DNA of 64,000 nt from Eledone cirrhosa (GCA_964016885.1 OZ024740.1:224998001-225062000), one strand, 5' to 3'. Numbered from the stretch's first letter, positions 16,977 to 30,631 are shown. Notes: generated by a model from the sequence alone, not told the origin. Translations and numbers: made by a program.

Positions 16977-17920
16977 TTACGTCCGTTTTTCCACGCTAGC
17001 ATGGGTTAGACGGGTTGTCCTGTTGTGGGCAGTGTCCGGTCGGCTGACCTTGCTTTGCTCATACCGGAACTGATTCTGGCTTGATTTCTACAGCTGGATG
17101 CCCTTCCTCGCACCAACCTCATTTACAGTGAGTGCTGGATGCTTTTTTCCCATGGCGTCTACACGTCCACTTTACAGTGTGGGCTGGGTGCTTTTTTGCC
17201 GTGGCGCCTCCACGACCACTTTGCAGTGGGAGGGGGTGAGGACATATTGTCTATATGCTTCAGCTTCGACTTGTACCCATGGGGGATTGGGTATTCATGT
17301 TTCATCGCCTTTGAGAGGTGTAATTGGGTAAGGTCGGCTTTTATCACCTCATCCCAGGTCTTCTTGGGCCTCCCCACTCCGCAGTTTCCATCGACTTCTA
17401 GTGCTCTGCACCTTTTTATGCAGCTGTCATCCTTCATACGCATCACATGCCCATACCAATGCAACCTCCTCTCCTGCTTACAACATTTGAATCCTCTTAT
17501 GCTCAGTCTCTCTCTCAATTCGCTTATGCTTTGCCGTTCGCGTATATTACATATCCATCGAAGCATGCAGGCTTTGTTTCTCTCTAATCTATGCAAGTCT
17601 TCCACCTTCAGCGCCCAGGTCTCACTACTATGTAAAATTGCTGTTCGTATACACGCATCATACAGTCTGCATTTGATTTTAAGGGAAAGCCTTTTGCAGC
17701 TAGCAATGGCAGTAGCTCCCTGAACTTCTTCCATCCCATTCTTACCCTAGTTATTGTACTTTCCGAACACCCATCTCCGCTGCTAATTCGGTCACCTAGG
17801 TAACAGAAGCTGTCTACTGTTTCTACAGAGCCCTCCCAGAGTTTGGTGGTACTTGTTTCCTGTGGCGGTTTGCTGCTTGCTGTCCCAGCACAGCTGCTGC
17901 ATGTGAAGCCTACATTCTTT
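16977..17920 (-). mobile_element. RTE LINE, subfamily B, 3' fragment
   Basis: RLYDACIRTA..ETW and RLHWYGHVMR motifs; RTE 3' UTR. Confidence 0.9.
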
Positions 17921-18929
17921 ATATATATATATATTATTCATATAGAGTTAGAAGGATTCTACAATTTGTGTCAGATGAATCAACAACTTCTCCTCTGCAC
18001 TCAGTAATTGTACATAAGTGAGATACAGACCTCCTTGGCCTATCTGGGACGTGGCTCAACTCCAGTACTGACTTCGTCTATGTATACCGATTCAACTCTT
18101 CCTAACTGGAAAATCAGACGTTAAATGATGATGATGATGATATAACGTACATATTTATTAAAACTGAAATATGTTACATCAGAGTTTTTTAAGCTTAGAG
18201 TTTACTGTATTTCTATCAATTGCCCCCCACCCCACCCCACCCTTGCATGTGACAAGCAAGGAAACTAGTTAAAAAACATTGTATTCTACTAATCAGACAT
18301 GGCTATAGATTTACTTAATCTCAGCATGATTTCTTTGATGAATGTTTCTTACTGTTAACATGCAAGGTTCACAAAATGTCATGAAAATATGTTCTGCTTC
18401 TATATTACTCTGTTATTTCTACTATTACATATAATTCATTTTCAGAGTTATTATTGTTGTTGTTAGTTTTGTATATATATTACATCATTTTGGAATGTAT
18501 ATACTTCAATATCCATGCCATTATTTCATTTATTTGGTGCTGAGTATAATTCTTGCATGAAAGAATCATTCTTGCAACAGGAATGTCACAACCAGATCAT
18601 CGGCAAAAATAAACCACTAAACAAAACAAAGCAAATTTGGAGATCTGTACAATACCTGACCTATAGGGTTTCTATCTTTCTATCTAACTACCTATCTACC
18701 TATCTATATATACTTACCTATTCCTCTAAATGCTCTTTATGAGGAGGATAATGATGATGATAGTGATGATGAAATATATATATGCACAGTATATACTTAC
18801 GTATATATCACACCTTTTTCTATGGGAATATAATATGAAAAACCAACATGCAATTTATTTCTTCTGAATTATAAACACACATATCATCATGATCGTCACA
18901 ATTTAACATCCATTTTTCCACACTGGCAT

Positions 18930-18980
<51 letters not shown>

Positions 18981-19070
18981 AAATAAAATAAATAAGTAAG
19001 TCCAATACTTAAAATTTGGCTTCGTATATTATATATTATTATATATTATAAAATATATATATATGTATAT

Positions 19071-19835
19071 ATGACGAAAGGCTTCTCTGTACACTTCTTC
19101 GGAAAGTATGTTTATTCCCTTTCAGAAACTAATTAGTTGGGAGTGAAATTTTAGTAAGTAAGTTAATTTTATAATTTTCTTATTTTACGTCTCTCATATT
19201 ATTGTTCTGCAACCCCATGCATTGAACCACAAAGTTACTAAGACAAAACCTATATATTTGCTAGCATAAGTATGCATCTGTGTATATATATGTTACTAGA
19301 TATACTAATTCTTTATAATTATCTCCAAATTATTTGTCGAGCAAAATTGGCCAAGACTGCTGCTATGGTAACAGTCAGGCTGCTGTCTTCTTAACAAACC
19401 ACTTTCCACTGATTGACCTCGATGTCACGTGATTGATTCTTTTGAATTTGCCACCGACGCAGTAGGCAGTGATTTTCTCAATGGCTAGGAATTTAGTCCA
19501 CGCTTTGCTTTTTTCCATCCACTGAATTATTTTTGTATAAGTTCCCAGTGTCCACGTATTGCCTGGAAACTTAGCTGAGAATAGACTTCCCTGATGACGA
19601 AAGGCTTCTCTGTACACTTCTTTGGAAAGTATTTTTATTCCCTTTCAGAAACTAATTAGTTTGGAGTGAAATTTTAGTAAGTAATTTAATTTTATAATTT
19701 TCTTATTTTACGTCTCTCATATTATTGTTCTGCAACCCCATGCATTGAACCACAAAGTTACTAAGACAAAACCTATATATTTGCTAGCATAAGTATGCAT
19801 CTGTGTGTATATATATGTTACTAGATATACTAATT

Positions 19836-19842
<7 letters not shown>
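19071..19842 (+). mobile_element. Non-coding HHR-bearing partial tandem repeat (523-nt period), PLE pLTR or retrozyme-like
   Basis: 19071-19317 is repeated at 19594-19842; the repeated part contains the HHR; (TA)n on both sides. Confidence 0.7.
19585..19667 (+). ncRNA. Hammerhead motif with enlarged helix II
   Basis: acttcc-CTGATGA-cgaaagg..cctttca-GAAAC-taatta-GTT-tggagt; the upstream copy has GTT-gggagt, which restores helix I. Confidence 0.65.
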
Positions 19843-19900
<58 letters not shown>

Positions 19901-19929
19901 GATAATGATATGTATGTTTGCATATATAT

Positions 19930-20183
19930 AAAGTGGACGTGTAAAAGACTCTGCAAAAAGCACCCAACCCGCTCGGTAAAGTGGATGTATAAAAGAAACG
20001 GCAAAAAGCACCCAGCATATACTGTAAATGTGGTTGGCATTAGGAAGGGCATAGAAAACCAGCCAGAAACACCCCTATTTGAGTGAGACACGGTCACCTG
20101 ACACAGCTTGCCTTAAAATAGGACCCGTCTAACCCATGCTAGCGTGGAAGATGGATGTTAATCGATGATGATGATGATGATGA
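19930..20183 (+). mobile_element. RTE or SINE 3' tail fragment
   Basis: TTAGGAAGGGCAT..CCCATGCTAGCGTGGAAGATGGATGTTAA-(GAT)n. Confidence 0.7.
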
Positions 20184-20474
20184 TATACAGATGCAAGGTT
20201 TGAACTTTTCAGGCAAAGTGCAAAAGCATTATGAAATTCTTAATAAATGTAGGAGGCTCAGTCACAGAAAATAAATGTAAACGCAGTTGCTTGCTATAAA
20301 AAGTTTAGAAAATTGGAATTTCAAAATGTGCATATAATGTTGTTTACATTCAAAGATGTTTGATTAAGTTTTCTAATTTAGATGTTAATTGTTGTATATA
20401 TATGAGTTGTAGTGCACCTGAGCACTGTACACAATAATTTCATAATTATTATTATTATATATATATATATATAG

Positions 20475-20861
20475 TATCTTGCTCAAGGAAACAACACATC
20501 ACCCGGTCTGAAGATTGTGAGTTCAATTCTCAGACTGGGTGATGTGTTGTTTACTTGAGCAAGACACTTTATTTCACATTGCTCCAGTTTACTCAGCTGT
20601 AGAAATGAGATGATAGGACTGGGGTCCCTATCATTCCACTGGTTGTGGAGGTGTCACGGCTAAAAAACACCCAGCCCACACTGTAAAGTGGACGTGGAGG
20701 TGCCACGGCAAAAAACAGCACCCAGCTCTCACTGTAAATGAGGTTGGTGTTAGGAAGGGCATCCAGCTGTAGAAATCAAGCCAGAATCAGTTCCCGTCCC
20801 ACCCTTGCAAGCAGAGAAAAGCAGACGTAAAATGCTGATGATGATGATGATGATGATGATG
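20475..20861 (+). mobile_element. SINE family 2 with RTE-derived tail and a 5' fold-back
   Basis: B-box, family 2 core and RTE-like tail with (GAT)n; 20475-20508 is an inverted copy of about 20530-20567. Confidence 0.75.
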
Positions 20862-21491
20862 CCTACATATATAAAACAATGTATAATTATACAGTCACAT
20901 ATGCAGCACTCTCACAAAAGATTATTTAATATGATGTAACACTCTTCTAATAAATTACTTAACATCACAACATTAAAGTCACACCTGTAGCATTCTCCAA
21001 AATCACTGGCAAATAAGAGATTCTCAAAGAAATGGCCCTTGTGTTCTTAAATCAGTCCAGATTATGATGCATAATTTAAGATAACTGCTGTCAGTCTGTC
21101 ACCTATTATTATTCTGAGATTAATGATAATGTTTCACACATTACTTTATAGAAAATGACTCTTACATGATTAGTCCTGTTTCTTTCATGAAACTTCACCT
21201 GAATGACAACTACACAAAGTCAACTACTAGTCGTGTAAAAGTCACTTTTTAATAAATTCATATAACCTCTCTACTTCATCTATTAATTGTGTTTCTTTCC
21301 ATTTAAATTTAAATCATTTCTTACAACTATATCTTAATAATAAAACATGTGACAGCAATCCCATGATTGTCAAACAGTGTGGGAAGTTGTAATACATCCA
21401 AGAAGTAATTAAAGAAGTATTCCATATGTCAATATATTTTAGTTATTGAAGTTACATCCAAACGAGTATCCTCCACCACTAACTAACTCAC

Positions 21492-21610
21492 CCTCTGCCA
21501 CTGGATCCCAGCTGACAGGATGAAGAATGCCCTGGAAGACGGCATGGCAGCCACTGATTTTGTGGGACTTGCACCTGTGAGCAGCCAACTCTGCCCCAGT
21601 GGTAATAAGT
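21492..21610 (-). other. Candidate host exon (119 nt), product unknown
   Basis: Non-repetitive, GC-richer island bounded by attcattcttAG and a GTGAGT donor; all three frames are open. Confidence 0.4.
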
Positions 21611-21716
21611 CTAAGAATGAATATTTGCTTTAATATTTTTCTCCCTCCTTCTCCCACCTTCCTCTCTTTGTCTGTCACTATCTTTCTCTCACAGTATTGA
21701 TAAGACATTTCAACCT

Positions 21717-21900
21717 AGTGGATTGGCAGTATCGGTAGAGGGTTGGACACCATGCTTTGACGCATAGAGTTACAGCCCTTGCCATTCTGAGTTCAAATCC
21801 CGCCGAGTTTAACTTTGCTTTCATCCTTACGGGTCGATAAAATAAAGTACCAGTAATGCACTGGGTAATTGCTGGCCTTGTACCAAAAGTAGAAACAATT
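21717..21900 (+). mobile_element. SINE family 1
   Basis: Full-length match to the 4073-4254 family. Confidence 0.85.
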
Positions 21901-23000
21901 ATGAGATATAACAATATGTGTATGTGTGTGTATATATATATATATAGATAGATAGGTAGATAGATAGATAGATAGATAGATATATGAATAATTTTGTTTT
22001 GAAACAGCAAGCAAGTTTGAAAGTAGAAATAGCTTTTGCTGTATTTTTTTACTAAAGAAATTTTAGCCTGATAGTGGGGTTTAGAACCCTCTATCACTAT
22101 AAACCCCAATATCAGGCTAGAATTTCTTTAGTAAAAGAAAAATGGTGTAAACTTCTATATATATATATGTATATATAGTCTTTCTTTGGGTATGACTGAC
22201 CCTAGGTTTGCACCTGAAATGTTTCTCTCCAAAGAGCATGTCAGTGTAAAGTGTTTTGTGGAAGACCAGCAGTTGCCCATGCATGTCAATTTCTCTCCCC
22301 CATGCCAAGGGAAAGCTAATATGGCTTGGCACAAGTGTCATTGGAATTCATTTTTTTTTCAGCTGAATGAGCTGGAGTTATGGGTAAAAAAGGTTTTGTT
22401 CAAGGACACAATCAACCACCAGCATTCAAACTCATGATCTAATCAACATAAGCCCAATATTCTAACAACAAAACATGTTAGTGTAAGAAACTCACTAAAG
22501 ATAAACTGAATGAAGAACTGCTACACTGTTTTTAAAAGCTGTTTCAGAAAAGTCACTAGTTTCTCTTAATAGTAAACAATGACTTTTAATAACAAATATT
22601 AAATATATACATATATGTGTGTATGTGTGTATGTGTTGGATGAGTGTAGTAATCATAGGGATATATTCTTCTATCTAAAGGATAGCACTCAGCATATGTC
22701 AGCATATAATGTCTAATTTCTAATTTTGATCTAGAATATCATTGCCTTTTTATTTATACAAGCTCTTATAATCCTGATAAAATAATGTAATGTGAGACAT
22801 TTTGATTTGTTGTTATTTGAAATGCCATTGTATGTTGGATGATTGCCTGGATTGATAAATTAAGAAATAATATGTATTGATGGATTGGTAAGATTAATTC
22901 TAACTATACTGCTATTATTTGGTTATGACTAATGTAACAAATGAAATATTAGATTCGTAGGAGATTGAGGATGGTAGGTAATAGTATTTGTGACATATGT

Positions 23001-23032
<32 letters not shown>

Positions 23033-23153
23033 TGTCATTATCATCATCACCATCATCATCATTATCTTCATCATACTTATTATCATTATCATCACCATCA
23101 TCAATACTATCATAACCACCATTCATCACCATAATCATAATCAACATCACCAC

Positions 23154-23188
<35 letters not shown>

Positions 23189-23451
23189 CCATCGCCATCA
23201 TCATCGTCACGATCCTCATCATTATCATCACCACCACCACCACCATCATCAACATCACCACCACCAAACGCCATCATCATCATCATTATCATCATCATCA
23301 TCATCATCATCACTATCACCATCATCACAATCATCATCATCATCATCATCATCATCACCACCACAATCATCGTTACTATCATCATCACTAGCACCATCAT
23401 AATCACCATCATTATCATCATCATCATCATCATCATCACCACCACCACCAC
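23001..23451. repeat. Degenerate (CAT/CAC)n trinucleotide array
   Basis: Direct inspection. Confidence 0.95.
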
Positions 23452-23943
23452 CCTTTAATCTTCCTCCTCGTCTTCCTTGTTGTCATTGTTGTCCTTGTCA
23501 TCATCTTTATGATTATTATAACTATCATTATAATCATCATCACGGCCTATTCCTCCACCTCCACCTCCTCCTCCTCCTCCTACTCTTTCTCATTGTTGTC
23601 ATTGTTTTTCTGTTCATCATTATCATAATCATTGTCATCATCATACCACCACTTTAATATCTGGTTTTCCTTGCTAATCTAAGCTGGATGAGATATTTTG
23701 AGGCAGTGTTTTTATGGCTAGATATCTTTTCTGATGCCAACCCATACTTTATTCATAAGTCTCGTATATCTTGCTCATCTTTATTAAATCACTAAACAGC
23801 AGGAAGTAATGATTATAAGGGGCACACACAAATATCACTGTTTACTTTGAACGTGTTTAATAATAGCAAGCTAGCAGTAAACATGCATATACAAATATAT
23901 AGATACAAACACACACACATACATACATGCATACATACATTGA

Positions 23944-25143
23944 TAGAGAAGAAATTCCAAACATGGAAGCATGGCCTAGAATCAAAAGGCCTTAAAATTA
24001 ACTTGTCTAAGACTAAAGTTCTAGTTTGTAGGAAGGAAAATAGGGAACTGGTCTCATCTGGGAAATGGCCATGCTCAGTGTGTAGGAAAGGAGTAGGCAG
24101 AAACTCCATTTTATGTCCCAAATGCAAAGTATGGGTGCATAAAAGATGTAGTGGGATCACAGGTAAGCTAACTAAGAATATAGATTGTATATGTGGCCGG
24201 TGCTCTGGAGCAATAAGTAGCAGCAAGTGTCCACAGAATACTAGCTCATTACATTGCACAGATGGTTCTATAGAAATAGTGGACACCTTCCGTTACTTGG
24301 GTGACAAAATCAGCAGTGGTGGAGTGTGCTCTGAAAGTATAGTAGCTAGAGTCAGAACGGGATGGAAAAAGTTCAGAGAGCTTATACCACTATTAGCCGC
24401 TAAAGTTTTCTCTCTAAAAATGAAGAGCAGGCTGTATGATGCCTGTGTACAAACAGCAATGTTACATGGCAGTGAGACTTGGGCATCGTGTGCAGAGGAT
24501 ATATGCAGACTGGAGAGGAACGAAGCTTGCATACTCCGTTGGATGTGTAATAGTAATATACGTGAACGGCAAAGCATAAATGAACTAAGAGAGAAATTAT
24601 GAATAAGAGGAATCAGATGTTGTTTACTCGAGAGAAAAACCTGGGATGACTTGATAAATTCCGACCTCACACACTTACACCTCTCCAAGACAATGTCACT
24701 GGACCGAGATCTTTGGTGCTACACAGTAATACAGAAGACCCGCCTTGCCTAAGTACAAAGCAAAACCTACAGTCAGTAGACACCTCTAACAAGAATCCCC
24801 TCCACCCCACCCCCACCCCATCCACACCACCCCCTTAAATGGGAAGTTATGTTGGTACCACAACATCCAGTCCGAAATATATGAGGTCGTGTAGGTGTCG
24901 CGAAAAAAACAAAAAAACACAGTCCACGCTGTAATGTGGCCGTGTAGGTAACACGGTAAAAACCTCTCAGTCCACACTGTAAACGTGGTTGGTGTTAGGA
25001 ACGGCATCCAGCAGTAGAAAACCCGCCAGACAGTCCTATGCGAGCAAGACAACCAATCTTGCCTCAAGTGGGAAAATTCCCGTCCAAACCCATGCAAGCG
25101 TGGAAGATGGACGTTAAACGATGATGATGATGTTGATGATGAT
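23944..25143 (+). mobile_element. RTE LINE, subfamily A, 3' fragment with an internal deletion
   Basis: Translation nearly identical to 7790-8480; deletion near 24635; (GAT)n tail. Confidence 0.93.
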
Positions 25144-25159
25144 ACATAAATACATACAT

Positions 25160-25350
25160 GAGGATTGCAGTGTCTTCACAGATGATTGATTCTTCATTGT
25201 CATCCCATCCATGTCCATGACTTTGTAGATGGCTTTGTAGACCTGCTGCAGATCTGCATGGTTTACAACAAAAGTGACAGAAAAGAGTTGTGTTTTCCAC
25301 AGGATTGGTGAGGTCATTTTGTAGGATACAATCTGTATACACCACCATGT
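25160..25350 (-). mobile_element. BovB/RTE-type C-terminal zinc-finger fragment
   Basis: CHFCCKPCRSAAGLQSHLQSH matches the RTE C-terminal C2H2 pattern. Confidence 0.55.
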
Positions 25351-25579
25351 ATTTTTTTTAGACTGGAAATAACATACATACTAAGAAGATGGGATTCCTG
25401 ACAGTTTCTGTCTACTAAATTCTCTTCCATGGCATTGCTCAGCCCAAGGTTATTGCAGAATACACATATCCAAAGTGATATATATTAGGATGAAACCTGA
25501 ACAATGAAGCAGCAAAACAAACTTCATAACCAAAAGTTATTTCTGTACCTTAGTAGTGTTCTTTTGTCACTGCTGTTGT

Positions 25580-25797
25580 TTAATCTATTAGCATTTTCAT
25601 TATTCTATATTTACTGTTATATTTTCACGGCAAAAACTTTATATCTCATATAATATTGATTCTACAAGATTTTGATATTATTGATTTTGAGAACAACACC
25701 TTAACATAAGTATGAGTAGCTGGTTACAGCTGGTTTGAACAGAAAGACGTGAGAGAATTCTGGCTGGATATGGCCAGATTAAATGCTAAAGGATTAA
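25580..25797. mobile_element. Possible piggyBac-type MITE
   Basis: TTAA-TCTATTAGCATT ... AATGCTAAAGGA-TTAA termini. Confidence 0.4.
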
Positions 25798-26159
25798 TTA
25801 AACCAATGCTCAGCCTTGATTAAACAGAACTATGATTAAAGTCTAAAAAAATACACCACCCCATACATTTTATAAAAAATACAATCAAAGATTTGTAATA
25901 AAAGACTAGCAATTTTAAAAGAGATGGTACTTATCTCACAATGCTTCATTTTAACTATAATATTTTAAACAACGATATGTTATTCAATGCATCATTCTTT
26001 TCTAAAATTAGTAGGGTGCGATTTGACTGTTATTTCTAGAAAAATAAACAACATTGTAGTGGTTTACATTTGCTTGTTGTTGAGAAGGATGACATAGCTG
26101 GCAGCCTACTTCTTTTTTTCTGTCTAAAGTAGGTACTTCAGTATCATCATGACTTTGAT

Positions 26160-26500
26160 CTGAAGGACGAGTGGTGAAGATAATGGAATTAGTCCATATT
26201 TACCAATCAAGACCTTGTCCAGGACCCCACATCTAAACGAGCCAGCTTTGACCTTCCTTGAAAGCAATGGGTGTCCCTTAATTGGATCCACAAAACACAT
26301 GCCAGAACAGCCAATTGTATCCATCAATGGAAAATTAAAGACAGCACAGCATGTAATTGTGGGAGACACTTAACAGACAGTACTGCATGTTGTTCAGGAT
26401 TGTCCCCTCAGACGTTTTCCCAACAGCCTGGAGCCAATCCACAATACTAGAAATGACACCTTAGTCTGGCTCACCAATCTCAATCTGTCTCTCTAAACAT
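26160..26500 (+). mobile_element. Ingi/Vingi-like (I group) LINE 3' fragment
   Basis: DPTSKRASFDLP*KQWVSLNWI...IHQWKIKDSTACNCG, then after a frameshift QTVLHVVQDCPLRRF...WL: a terminal CCHC knuckle. Confidence 0.6.
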
Positions 26501-26740
26501 TATGCATATGTCATACAATATGAAGAAGTATCATCATTATAGTCATCATCATTTTTATTTCCATTTTACTCAGCTAGCATGTTAGCAAACCCTGAGTTGA
26601 TGGAGTTTTGTTTGTGCGGGACATAAATAAACCACACTGTGTACAATAAGGATGTTAAACATGAAGTAAATACGTAGAGAAAAACAGTCATGCACATTCA
26701 TGTATCTCCATGCACACATAATTAAATACATATATGTATG

Positions 26741-26953
26741 CATGGGTGGACTGAAAAATCCATAGACTGACTATGAATGAGTGATGTTAGAGCTGTGAAA
26801 TCTTGCATGCATTAATTTCAACTCTTATTAATAACTGCATAGTTTCTTTCCAGGGTCAATGTTAAAAAATAAACCTCATTTGGTCATTCCATGAGAGTAT
26901 CTTGGTCAGCCTATGAAATTTTCAACTTATGAACTTTCCAGCTTACCCTTGTA
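26741..26953. mobile_element. Degenerate mariner-type MITE
   Basis: GGGTGGACTGAAAAATCCATAGACTGAC against GTCAGCCTATGAAATTTTCA and TATGAACTTTCCAGCTTACCC. Confidence 0.5.
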
Positions 26954-27913
26954 TATAAGACCAGCTGCGATGAAGGAGTGAGTTCAATGTCACGATGCAG
27001 ATGCCAGGATCATAAGGTCCACAGGGCAGGTCTCTTGCTCCAAACTGTATTACAAAGAGTATTGAGGAATTCCTGATGGTATACATTTGCAATTGTTTGC
27101 CATTCTCTGCAGACTTGTGATGTGCAAGCCCTCAGTAGTTGAAGAAAACAGTCAACATTAGTTTGATAGTGCTCTGAACCTTACATGTAATATCGGGGCC
27201 TTGGCAACATTAGATTCTTCCACTGTGATGATAGAGCTTCAGCTTCTGGGTCATACTCATACACCTATGTTGCATTTTCAGTTAACATGGTATTGAGGAA
27301 GTTGCAGTACAGGTAGACCAAGGAAAACATGGGGAGAGGTGCTGAGAGGTGATCTCAAATCACTGAGACTCACAGGGGAGAGAACAAAGGAACAAGTGGA
27401 GAGATGCTGTGCTGAGAAGGACCCATCCAACCCATGCAAGTATGGAAAAACGGATGTAAAATGGTGATGATAATCATCATCATCCTCATCATGAGGAACT
27501 CAGGATCCTTATGAGCACTATGAAGTAAAATGAAGTAGGACAGCACCTCACACTGGCTGCATGGTAATGACTGACACATCCACTGAGCTAACCAAAACCA
27601 CACATCTGTATCAATGTATGTAGCTCCCTACACCCACTTTTATCTACCTAATGTCATTTCTTCCCACAGGGAAAATAAAACTGGATTCTTTATCGACAAA
27701 TCTCCTAATACATCATATTTATTGTATCTGAAGTTTAACCTGTCTTGTTATGGTGCTATGTTAATAGCTGATAAAATTACCTAGTAGAGATAACAATAGC
27801 ACAGTTAAAAAACAAAAGTAAATACAAAAAATAAACTGAAAAGGAAATAGATTGAAATACTTAATTAGAAGAAAGAAGTATTTTCTCTCTCCCCTTCTTT
27901 CTTTCTCTGTATC

Positions 27914-27973
<60 letters not shown>

Positions 27974-27980
27974 ATATATA

Positions 27981-28104
27981 TAGGTGACCGAATTAGCAGC
28001 GGAGGCGGGTGTTCAGAAAGTACAATAACTAGGGTAAGAATGGGATAGAAGAAGTTCAGGGAGCTACTGTCTTTGCTAGGTGCAAAAGGCTTTTCCCTCA
28101 AAAT
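27981..28104 (+). repeat. Exact inverted copy of 28706-28829
   Basis: 124-nt reverse complement that includes copy-specific mutations. Confidence 0.9.
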
Positions 28105-28120
28105 ATACACACATATATAT

Positions 28121-30168
28121 CATCATCATCACTGTTTTACGTCTGTTCTTCCACGCTAGTATGGGTTAGACGGGTTGTTCTGTTGTGGGCAGTGTCTGGT
28201 CGGCTGATAATGCCTTGCTCATAGGAGAACTGATTCTGGCTTGATTTCTACAGCTGGATGCCCTTCCTAACACCAACCTAATTTACAGTCAATGCTGGGT
28301 GCTTTTTTCCGTGACGCCAGAGGTCACGGTCGCGTGTCATCGCCTTTGCGAGGTGTAATTGGTTAAGGTCGGCTTTTATCACATCATCCCAGGTCTTCTT
28401 GTGTCTCTGCACTCTGCGGTTTTCATCAACTTCTAATGCTCTGCACCTTTTTATGCAGCTGTCATCCTTCATACGCATCACATGTCCATACCAATGCAAC
28501 CGCCTCTCCTGCACACAGCATTTGATTCCTCTTATGCTCAGTCTTTCTCTCAATTCATTTATGCTTTGTCGTTTGCGTATATTACTATTACACATCCATC
28601 GGCTTCGTTTCTTTCTAATCTACGTAAGTCTTCCACAGACAGCGCCCAGGTCTCACTACCATGTAACATGCTGTTCGTATACACGCATCATACAGTCTGC
28701 CTTTCATTTTGAGGGAAAAGCCTTTTGCACCTAGCAAAGACAGTAGCTCCCTGAACTTCTTCTATCCCATTCTTACCCTAGTTATTGTACTTTCTGAACA
28801 CCCGCCTCCGCTGCTAATTCGGTCACCTAGGTAGCAAAAGCTGTCTACTGTTTCTACAGAGCCCTCCCAGAGTTTGGTGGTACTTGTTTCCTATGGCTGT
28901 TTGCTGCTTGCTGTCCCAGCACAGCTGCTACATGTGAAGCCTACATTCTTAGTTAAGCTACCTGAGATCCTGCTACATCTCTTGTGTACCATTGTTTGCA
29001 TTTGGGGCAGAGAATGGAGTTCCTACTTACAGCCTTCCTACATACTGAGCAAGGCCATTTCCCTGAGGGGATCTTGGTTCTGTTTTCTTATCTACTTACA
29101 AGGAACTTAGTCTTTGTCAGGTTGACTTTGAGACCTTTTCTTTCTAGTTCCTGCTTCCAAGTTTTGAATTTCTTCTCTAGTTCTACCATAGATTCAGCTA
29201 TAAGTGCAAGGTTATCTGCATACTCCTCCATTGTTGCCTGCAGAACTATGATGAACAGGAGGGGGTTAAAAACAGAGCCCTGTACACTAAATTCCTCGCT
29301 ATAGTCATTGCTAATCCTAACTTTGCTGACTGTTCCCCTATACATGGCTTGTACAGCATTCACAAGCCATTCATTTACTCCTAGTTTTCTAAGGGCCCAC
29401 CAGATTAAAGCACAGGGAACTCTATCAAAGGCTTTCTCGAGATTGACAAATGCCAGGTAGAGCGGCTTAATTTTAGCTAGGTACTTTTCCTGTAACTGCC
29501 TCACAAGGAAGAGGGCATCAGTGGTGCCTCTTCCTGGCACAAACCCAAATTGAATCTCATCTAGTTTCACCCAGTCCCTAATGAACGGTGCTATAACTCT
29601 TTCTGTTACTTTCATGACCTGGTCCATCAGCTTTATATCTCTATAGTTTCCTCTATCTAGTGCATCACCTTTACCTTTGTAGCAGTTGACAATGATGCTA
29701 CTGCACCAATCCTTTGGTATGACACATTCTAGTATTACCTGGTTAACAATCCATGTGGTTAAGGTGTGACCTACAGACCCAGATGCCTTCAGCATCTCGG
29801 CAGCTATACCCGATGGACCGGTTGCCTTCCCCGTCTTCATATCTTTGCTTGCCTTACTTACTATGCTGCTGCTGACTTGTACTGCTGGCCCCTCTATAGG
29901 GTCTACTTGGGGTAGAGCCTCTTTCTTCTTCCCATGCATTCTCCTCATTTAGTAATCTATTATAATGGCTCTTCGACACATCTTTCTTCTCAGCACTTGT
30001 GAGGGCAAGCTCACCTTTATCATTCCAGATACACTTCTCCCCAATGTAATCACAACTCTGTCTGACACACTGCCTCGCAAACGTGAACACCTCCTGTTTC
30101 TGGTCCTCACACTGCAAAACATGCTTGAATTTTCTATCCTCTGCTTCCCTCCTAGCTATGTATACTTG

Positions 30169-30170
<2 letters not shown>
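28121..30170 (-). mobile_element. RTE LINE, subfamily B, degraded
   Basis: ORFs 29854-30117, 29088-29948 and 28278-28595 with RT motifs (YADN variant). Confidence 0.93.
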
Positions 30171-30206
<36 letters not shown>

Positions 30207-30209
<3 letters not shown>

Positions 30210-30408
30210 AAAAGAGTCCAGACCCCAACGGCTGAGCTCCGGCCGATTTGACAGCTAGATCCAACTTTGGATCTAGCTGTGTAAACAGCCGGAGCTCAGC
30301 CATTGGGGTCCTGACTTTTTTTCTATTACCCAACTCTACTACCCTAAATATTGATTACTCTGGTGCATTATGGTCCACCTGGTGCCTTACCACAGCCTCT
30401 TAGTTATA
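30207..30408 (+). mobile_element. Fold-back cassette carrying a degenerate HHR 3' half (family shared with 34567 and 45909)
   Basis: Hairpin at about 30210-30325; the remainder is the reverse complement of 34570-34660. Confidence 0.7.
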
Positions 30409-30604
30409 TATTTATTATAAGAACAGATTTAATTTTAAGCAAAGAATAGCTCCTTTCACCCTTAGTGGGATCTTCTGAAACTGAAAAAAATCAATTTGTG
30501 GATGCAGAAGTAAATATTTCGATAAGCGTTACAACCAAAAATCCCATGAAGGTTGAAAGCAGTGATTCTTTGCTTAAACTTTAATCTGTTCTTATAATAA
30601 ATAT
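30408..30604. mobile_element. Miniature inverted-pLTR derivative of the 56997-59100 PLE family
   Basis: Both arms match the AGATTAAATTTTAAGCAAAGAATCGCTGCTTTCACCC terminus of that element. Confidence 0.7.
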
Positions 30605-30631
30605 TTGCTCTACAGGTTTTAAAATATATAT

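Noticed and set aside
22929-23451. Poly-His, poly-Asp and poly-Met ORFs
   Set aside because: Translations of a (CAT)n microsatellite; no other coding evidence.
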